A stretch of DNA of 64,000 nt from the NCBI GenBank assembly GCA_039096225.1, contig JBBPEB010000014.1, positions 1,674,001-1,738,000 of the forward strand, in the 5' to 3' direction. This stretch comes from Blastocystis sp. Blastoise (lineage: Eukaryota > Protista > Bigyra: Opalinata). Under the pieces are notes generated by a model that was given only the letters and a program-made list of their open reading frames with translations, was not told where the DNA came from and searched no databases. Positions 56,889 to 64,000 of the stretch are shown here, piece by piece (the first letter of the stretch is position 1; every line of letters starts with the position of its first letter). Both the position numbers and the translations under genes were made by a program.

Positions 56889-57156
56889 TATTAAAATTTG
56901 ATTTTTAATAATTATCAAAAAAAAGAAAAAAAAAAAAAGACACGTTTTTTTTTGGAAATCTTTTGCTGACAAAAAAAAAAGTATAGAAAACTTTCTTAAC
57001 AACAAAAAAAAAAAAAAAAACAAATCGTTTATATATTATGTTAAAACTGTCTTCTTGTATAATCATTTCTCCTGTTTAAAAATTAAAATAACAAAACAAA
57101 TTTTTATATTATATGAGTCAACCATAATTTATTTATTTAAATAAAAAGAGTTAAGT

Positions 57157-58476
57157 TTACTTCTTAGCAGTAGTATCACGGACAATGGACTTGACAATAC
57201 CGACAGCAACAGTTTGTCTCATATCTCTGACAGCGAATCTACCAAGAGGAGGATATTCAGTGTAGGATTCAAGAGACATAGGTTTAGAGGGAACCATTTC
57301 AGTCATCATAGCCTTACCAGCCTTGACAATATCAGGGTTTTCACGAAGAACCTTACCAGTTCTCTTATCCATTTCAGATAAGATTTTTTCGAACTTACAG
57401 GCGATGTGAGCGGTGTGGCAATCGATAACGGGACAATATCCGGCACGAATACCAGAAGGATGAGACATGACAATAACTTGAGCAGTGAAAGAATTGACTT
57501 TAGCAGGAGGATCGTTCTTGACATCACCACAAACGTTACCTCTGTGGACATCCTTGACGGAGATGTTCTTTACGTTGAAACCAACGTTATCACCAGGAAG
57601 AGCTTGAGCAAGTTGTTCATGATGCATTTCAATAGACTTGACTTCAGAAGTAACACCAACGGGGGCGAAGTAGACAGTCATACCGGGTTTCATGATACCA
57701 GTTTCGACTCTACCGACGGGTACTGTACCAATACCACCAATCTTATAGACATCTTGAAGAGGAAGACGAAGAGGCTTATCAGAAGGTCTCTTAGGTTCCT
57801 TACAGTTATCAATAGCTTGGATAAGAGTAGGTCCCTTGTACCAAGGCATGTTAGTGGAGGGTTCAAGCATGTTATCACCGTTGAAACCAGAAATAGGAAT
57901 GAAAGGAATTCTTTCTTCGACCTTGGTGTAACCAACCTTGGTTAAGAAATCAGTCATTTCAGCCTTAATTTCAGAATATCTCTTTTCAGAATATTGGACA
58001 GTCTTATCATCCATCTTGTTGATACAGACAATCATTTGCTTGACACCAAGGGTGTTAGCAAGAAGAGCATGTTCACGAGTTTGACCGTTCTTACCGTAAC
58101 CAGCTTCGAATTCACCAGCACCAGCAGCAATAATAAGAATAGCAAGATCGGCTTGAGAAGTACCGGTAATCATATTCTTGATGAAATCTCTGTGACCAGG
58201 GGCATCAATAATAGTACAGGTGTACTTTTCAGTTTGGAATTTCCAAAGGGAAATATCAATGGTAATACCACGTTCTCTTTCAGCCTTCAGTTTATCTAAA
58301 ACCCAAGCGTACTTGAAGGAACCCTTACCGATATCGTTAGCTTCCTTTTCAAAACGTTCAATGGTTCTCTTATCAATACCACCACAGGCATAAATAAGAT
58401 GACCAGTGGTAGTAGACTTACCACTATCGACGTGACCAATGACGACAAGATTAATATGAGGTTTTTCCTTACCCAT
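57157..58476 (-). CDS. EEF1A: Translation elongation factor 1-alpha
   Basis: [54 protein letters not shown]; intronless CDS with elevated GC; probable 5'UTR intron 58477-58609. Confidence 0.99.
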   Translation of the reverse strand: MGKEKPHINLVVIGHVDSGKSTTTGHLIYACGGIDKRTIERFEKEANDIGKGSFKYAWVLDKLKAERERGITIDISLWKFQTEKYTCTIIDAPGHRDFIKNMITGTSQADLAILIIAAGAGEFEAGYGKNGQTREHALLANTLGVKQMIVCINKMDDKTVQYSEKRYSEIKAEMTDFLTKVGYTKVEERIPFIPISGFNGDNMLEPSTNMPWYKGPTLIQAIDNCKEPKRPSDKPLRLPLQDVYKIGGIGTVPVGRVETGIMKPGMTVYFAPVGVTSEVKSIEMHHEQLAQALPGDNVGFNVKNISVKDVHRGNVCGDVKNDPPAKVNSFTAQVIVMSHPSGIRAGYCPVIDCHTAHIACKFEKILSEMDKRTGKVLRENPDIVKAGKAMMTEMVPSKPMSLESYTEYPPLGRFAVRDMRQTVAVGIVKSIVRDTTAKK

Positions 58477-59036
58477 CTATAAAAGCAAATATAATTAGTT
58501 AAAGCCAATTAAAAAATAATCTAATGCAATTAACGAAAAATTTCAAAGAAAAACAGTATAGAGTAACAAGTATAGATTTAGATGATAATCCATATGAATA
58601 TATGCATACTTTGCAGAGTTCTTTACTATCTCAAAAATAAATTATGTTGGTAAAAATTTATTTGCTAAATAAATTGAGTATGATTACAAGTGTAAATTTT
58701 AATTTTTTAAAACTCTTAAGAAAACAAACTTTTTTCTAGAAAAGTCCTGTTTTTTTGTTAAAATAATGTAAGTTTCTAGGTTATTTTCAATAAATTAAAA
58801 AGTGATTGCTCTCCTTTTTATACATGTGGTAATTATTCATGTTTATCACAATAAATTCATTTTCCGTATTTCGTCATAATTCCTCAATAAAAACTCAAGG
58901 AATTCGATTATAATAAAAATTACAAAATCACGATTATTTTTTTTGGATGAAATCTGCTTAAAATATATCAGACAATTAAACTTTTTTTTCATTTTGACTA
59001 TATAAATTTGTGTATAGTATTGAGATAGATACGTGA

Positions 59037-60667
59037 ATGAACTCAATTACTGTCTCTATATGTGATACAAGAGAGATATCGTATGAAGATATCGAAAAAA
59101 CAAAAATTGTTGATTTTTTCACTGATAAGGAGAAGTCAAATTCAACAAAATATGTTCGTGAGCAAGACAAAAAAACTTCCATTCTCTCTAAGGTTTTGTC
59201 TAAATTGAAATGTTCGCTATATTTGGATAAGAAACCATCTGAAGTTCTTTTTACTAAGAGTATTTATGGAAAACCCTATTTAGATGTATATTTATATAAG
59301 ATTAATTATTGTCTTTTCTCTTGTATCATTTAAAATTAATATTATTTCAATATATATACAGGAAACTTATGATATATGCTCAGGAAATGAATTATATAAC
59401 TTTAATTATTCTCATCACAATCAATATATAGCTTTTTCAGATACATCTCATTTGTATATTTATCTATATAATATATATATTATTTATAGTTTAATTGGAA
59501 TAGATATATTATCACTTATTACTCTTCCTCGAACACCTATTCCATTATTCTTAAAAACAATGGAAAATACTTGTTCAGAAACAGAATGGAATTCTATTCT
59601 TTTGAAATCTGATGAAAATGAATTATGTATATTATTATTATTAGTATAGAATTATTAGTATTATTTATTATAGATCAATTAAAACATTTTTATATTTATT
59701 GGACCTTAAAAGAAGCTTATTTAAAAGTATATATAAATTTTTATGATTTTTTTGTATATTTGTAAATATATGAATTTTTATGTTTTTGTATATTTGATAA
59801 ATATATGAATTTTTATGATTGTATTTATTATATATATATATATATATATAGGCTATAGGTACTGGTATAGCTACGACTCCACTAAATAGTATTGAATGCA
59901 CTATTATAGCACAGGTATGCTATTATTAGTATTACATAATCATATTGTATAAACGTAGTTTACTCATAATGTCTTTTTATTTTTAACTTTAAGAATATTT
60001 TTTTTTATTTATTTTATTTTTTCTAAGATATCATTTTTTATTATTTCTAACATAATATTCTTGTATCCTCTAGCTATAATTATTATATTTCTTTCTTATT
60101 CTTTATTTACTCTCTTTTCATTTTCAAATCTTCTTTATTCATCGACAACAACAACTACAACTTACTTTTTTATCTCTTTCTAGTCTTCCTCTATTTATAT
60201 TTCTTCTCTCTCAGTTCGAGGTCAACCCTTAGAAAACTGGATTTTTATTACTTATTATTGTGACTCTTATATCTGTTCTACTGCTTTAGGGCCCTATCAA
60301 GATTCTAATGCATCAATACCACTTTTTTGTAATAATCAAATAGTATTTATTTTATTATTATTATTATGTTTATTATTATTATTATTATGTTTATTATTAT
60401 TATTATTATTTAGTTATTATTTAGAACACTTATGTTATCCTTTATTTATTTTATATTCTACATATATAATTCTTTGTATATTTCTATTAAAGTATGTCAT
60501 CTATTACTCTATTTATATAGATTACTCCTATTCCTTCATCAATACAAATCTATCCAAAAACAAACAATTCATTTATCATTACAGATAATCAAAGTTTTTC
60601 GTTATTATTCAACATAGACTCACTTCATTGCTGTGAAATTATGGATTCTTTCGTTTCTTTATGCTAA
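59037..60667 (+). CDS. 4'-phosphopantetheinyl transferase (Sfp/AASDHPPT/Lys5 type), multi-exon
   Basis: YGKPYL, FNYSHH, LIGIDI, FYIYWTLKEAYLK|AIGTGI. Confidence 0.9.
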
Positions 60668-61242
60668 GTTATCTTAGTATTTTCATATATGTTTGATTCC
60701 CTTTTTTTTTTTGAATTTGTAATTTTTATTTTATGATAGTTTCTTGATTCTTGTATCCTTTAGATTTTCTTTTATTATTCAGTATAATCCTCTTTCTATT
60801 ATTTTGAATCCTTTTGTCCTTTTCTTTATCTTATTATTCTATTTATTATTAACATTTATTATATAATCTTCTTTGAAACCATTCAGCCATGTTCGTATTG
60901 TTCTTTACTTCATTGTAGTAATATTTTATATCAATAAAATGCATTAAACTTCTAAAAATAAAACAATTATTCACTTCTAACGAATATTTTTATAAAACTA
61001 TATTTAAAACACATCACACATAAGTTGATAATTAATGATTGCAGACTATGCTTCAAATGTTTATAATCTTCAATCGCAAAAATGAAATAGATATAAATTA
61101 TAAAAATCTTTAAATATCTGCAATTTTCATGATAAATAATTATTTTTCGGAGAGAAAATGAAAATAATCTTAAAGGAATACAAAACAATTGCAAAAGTAG
61201 ATCTATTGTTGTTTTAATTGTAAATTATCAAGTGAATTAAAA

Positions 61243-62452
61243 ATGAGTGTTGAACCCTCAAATCCAGTTCTCCCACAACAACCTGTTGAAGTTATTCAAA
61301 CTCCAGTCCCAGTTATTCAGTCTACATCGTGGATTCCTTGTTGTCAGCGATGTTTAAAACAACTTGATTTAGATCCCGAAACATACACAAGTATATTTCA
61401 TATCACTTAGTTTATTATTACTTGATATAGGGTTTATTGAAGAAAATTCTATGAAAATCAAAACGTTATTAAAATCAAAATCTTTTGAAGGTTCATCATC
61501 TGATATAGAGATTCCTTCATCTGTTGAAGAATTGTTTTGTCTCATAACTGATATTACAAATGTTCAATTCCCTTTATGTACTACTTGTTGCAGTGATGTA
61601 CTTACAGATATTATTGATTCATTAAAAGAAGAAGAACGAAGTGTTAAATCTATAACAGAAACCATTGGCGTTCTTAGTAGTGATTCTAGTAATAATAACA
61701 CTCAAAATGTGTCTAAAAAAACTGAAGAAGATGTATATATATGAGTTGTCTTTAATTAATTATTATTATTATTATATTAATAGTTATTATTATTATATTC
61801 AATATATTTATAACTTATTCTAGTTATTTCTATTATATTAAATATATTATTATTATTATTATTATTATTATATTAAAAATATTATTATTATATACATAGC
61901 TGTTGAAAGAAAAAGAAAAAATTGAAAAAGAAATCGAATCTATAAAAATGAATATAAATAATCTTTATAATGAATTATTATATACTGATAAAGATTCAGA
62001 AAGAATAAAGAATGCTGAAGAAGATATATTAAAAGAATATAATAATATATATAGTATTATTGAAAAGAAACATATTGAAAAGAAAGATGTCGATATACAA
62101 AGAGATATTTTAGATTATAATGTATATATGATTATTTATTATTTATTATTTATTATTTATTTTGTTTTTTTTTTATTTATTTATTTATTCTTATTATATA
62201 GTTAGATACACTTAAAAAGTATAATGTTTTTAATAATTCATTTTTTATATGGTTTGATGGTCCAGTGGCTGTTATTAATAATTTTCATCTTGGTAAAATA
62301 CCTACAAAGAATATTGATTGGTTAGAAGTAAATCAGGCTCTTGGAGAAGTTATTAGTTGCGTTTATTCATTAGGATTATTCGCTAAATTCAGATTTAATA
62401 CGTAAACATATATATATTACTATTATAACGATAACTATTATATTTATTATTA

Positions 62453-62488
<36 letters not shown>

Positions 62489-62508
62489 TATAACTATAAC
62501 TATAACTA

Positions 62509-62559
<51 letters not shown>

Positions 62560-62977
62560 GTATAACATTGAATCCACTTGGTGCTTATTCATCTGTTAAT
62601 AGCAAACAGGATAATGTCAACTATGTTCTTAACTTCAGTGTGTCTAAAAATAACAAAAAACAATTTTTACAAGGCTTACAATATTTTATTATGGGTGTAA
62701 AAGAATTCTTAGAATACATGAGTACAAAACATAATATTGGTACTCCGTACGAAATTACAGAAACTTCTATTGGTGGATATGAATATACATTTATATATAA
62801 CAAGAAAAGACTTTCATATATTTTTAAATAATGATTTCTCATATATCTATATACCTTTATCTATAGGAATATAATATGCTTGATTTAGATGTATGGACAC
62901 ATGCTATGAAATTACTTATGATTGATATTAAGAAACTATATATATATACTTGTACACAACAAATATATATTCCTTAA
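61243..62977 (+). CDS. ATG6: Beclin-1/ATG6, multi-exon
   Basis: CQRC, FPLCTTC, coiled coil, LKKYNVFNNSFFIWFDGPVAVINNFHLG, IDWLEVNQALG, PLGAYS, WTHAMKLLMIDIK; the last intron boundary is uncertain. Confidence 0.9.
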
Positions 62978-63319
62978 ACTACTTTTCACTTTTTTTTATA
63001 TATGTTATTATTTTATTTATGTTATATATTTATTTATATATATACTATTATTCTCTTTCAAGTTTATTTTCCTTGACAGTTTCTTTATACATTGTAACTC
63101 ACTTTCTTTTATAACGTGTTTTTATTATTATATTCTTGACAAAATATTATCTCTATACTAAGTCTATTAATAATAATGAACCAGTTAATAATAATAAAAA
63201 CTTTGCTAAAAGAACAAAAGCAGCATAAAATGTAAAGAAATGATTCATATAGAGAATTAGAAAAAAAAATTATATAATAAAATAAGCATAAATAAAAGCT
63301 AAGAATAGAATGAATCAGA

Positions 63320-63659
63320 TTATAATTTAGCTAATTCTTGTTTAATTTCATCTGTATTATATAATTTATATCCTTCTTTTTCAGTAATAGTACATATATC
63401 AATATTATCAGCTGTAATTTCATCTCTCATTACTTGTTTTAATATTTGAACAGAAATGTCTTTTCCTTTTTCTAATGTTAAATCCTATATATATAATATG
63501 ATTATTCATAATAATTAATTTATTATTTATTATTAATATATATATAATGATATATATACATCATTATATTGTTCCTTAAGAATGGCCATAGCTCCTTCAC
63601 TACCACTTCCAATAGATATACATTTATAATAAGTTGAAGTACCAGAAGGATCACAACAA

Positions 63660-63707
<48 letters not shown>

Positions 63708-64000
63708 TTATAATAATAGTATATAAATAAGTAATATAGTTAATTATTCTAATAAACATTCATATAAAAAAATTCTTTAAAAAGTGATTCACTGGAAATA
63801 ATTAATTATAGTGAAAAAAAAGACTTATTTATATAGTAAATACTATATAATTAATAAATAGCATAATAAATAAACATAAAATAAATATAATAAATAAACA
63901 CAAAATAAACATAAAACAAACATAATAAATAAACATAAAATAAACATAAAATAAACATAAATAAACATAAATAAACATAAAATAAACATAATAAATAAAC
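63320..64000 (-). CDS. PSMA5: 20S proteasome subunit alpha-5, last two exons (5'-partial)
   Basis: DPSGT...SIGSGSEGA..LKEQY|..LTLE....ILKQVM; TAA at 63320-63322. Confidence 0.85.
63866..64000. repeat. ~10-11 bp tandem repeat (AAATAAACAT) in a PSMA5 intron
   Basis: Multiple degenerate AAATAAACAT(A) units. Confidence 0.8.

Noticed and set aside
57306-58508. ORFs overlapping EF1A
   Set aside because: Codon-bias shadows of a conserved gene

Overview
Eukaryotic, extremely AT-rich, intron-dense genomic DNA. The EF-1alpha sequence ([30 protein letters not shown]) matches Blastocystis (Stramenopiles) as I recall it. The introns are longer and more microsatellite-filled than the ~30-nt introns typical of mammalian subtypes, which points to a divergent AT-rich lineage. 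By splicing exons by hand I can support 17 protein genes, two truncated by the window edges: three paralogous large type-I surface proteins built from bacterial-type modules, a REX4-like exonuclease, PAN2, imidazolonepropionase, an APE2-like AP endonuclease (largely missed by the ORF track), DASH/Dam1 subunit ASK1, CLP1, AAR2, an intronless ChW-repeat gene (likely lateral transfer), snurportin-1, a NIDO-like/Cys-rich membrane protein, EF-1alpha, a phosphopantetheinyl transferase, ATG6/Beclin and proteasome alpha-5. Non-coding highlights: (1) a 1297-bp hAT-like non-autonomous transposon (73-bp perfect TIRs, 8-bp TSD) inserted in the last exon of a surface-protein gene, where its TIR now encodes the C-terminus; (2) a 44-bp element with two ACGCGT (MCB-like) boxes, present as an inverted pair upstream of the divergent APE2 and ASK1 genes; (3) two AT-AC U12-type introns, a probable GC-AG intron, a possible GA-AG intron, and an intron made solely of G(TA)22G. 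Most short entries in the ORF track are artefacts of intronic (TA)n/(ATT)n repeats. Gene coordinates are spans including introns, inferred without RNA data.
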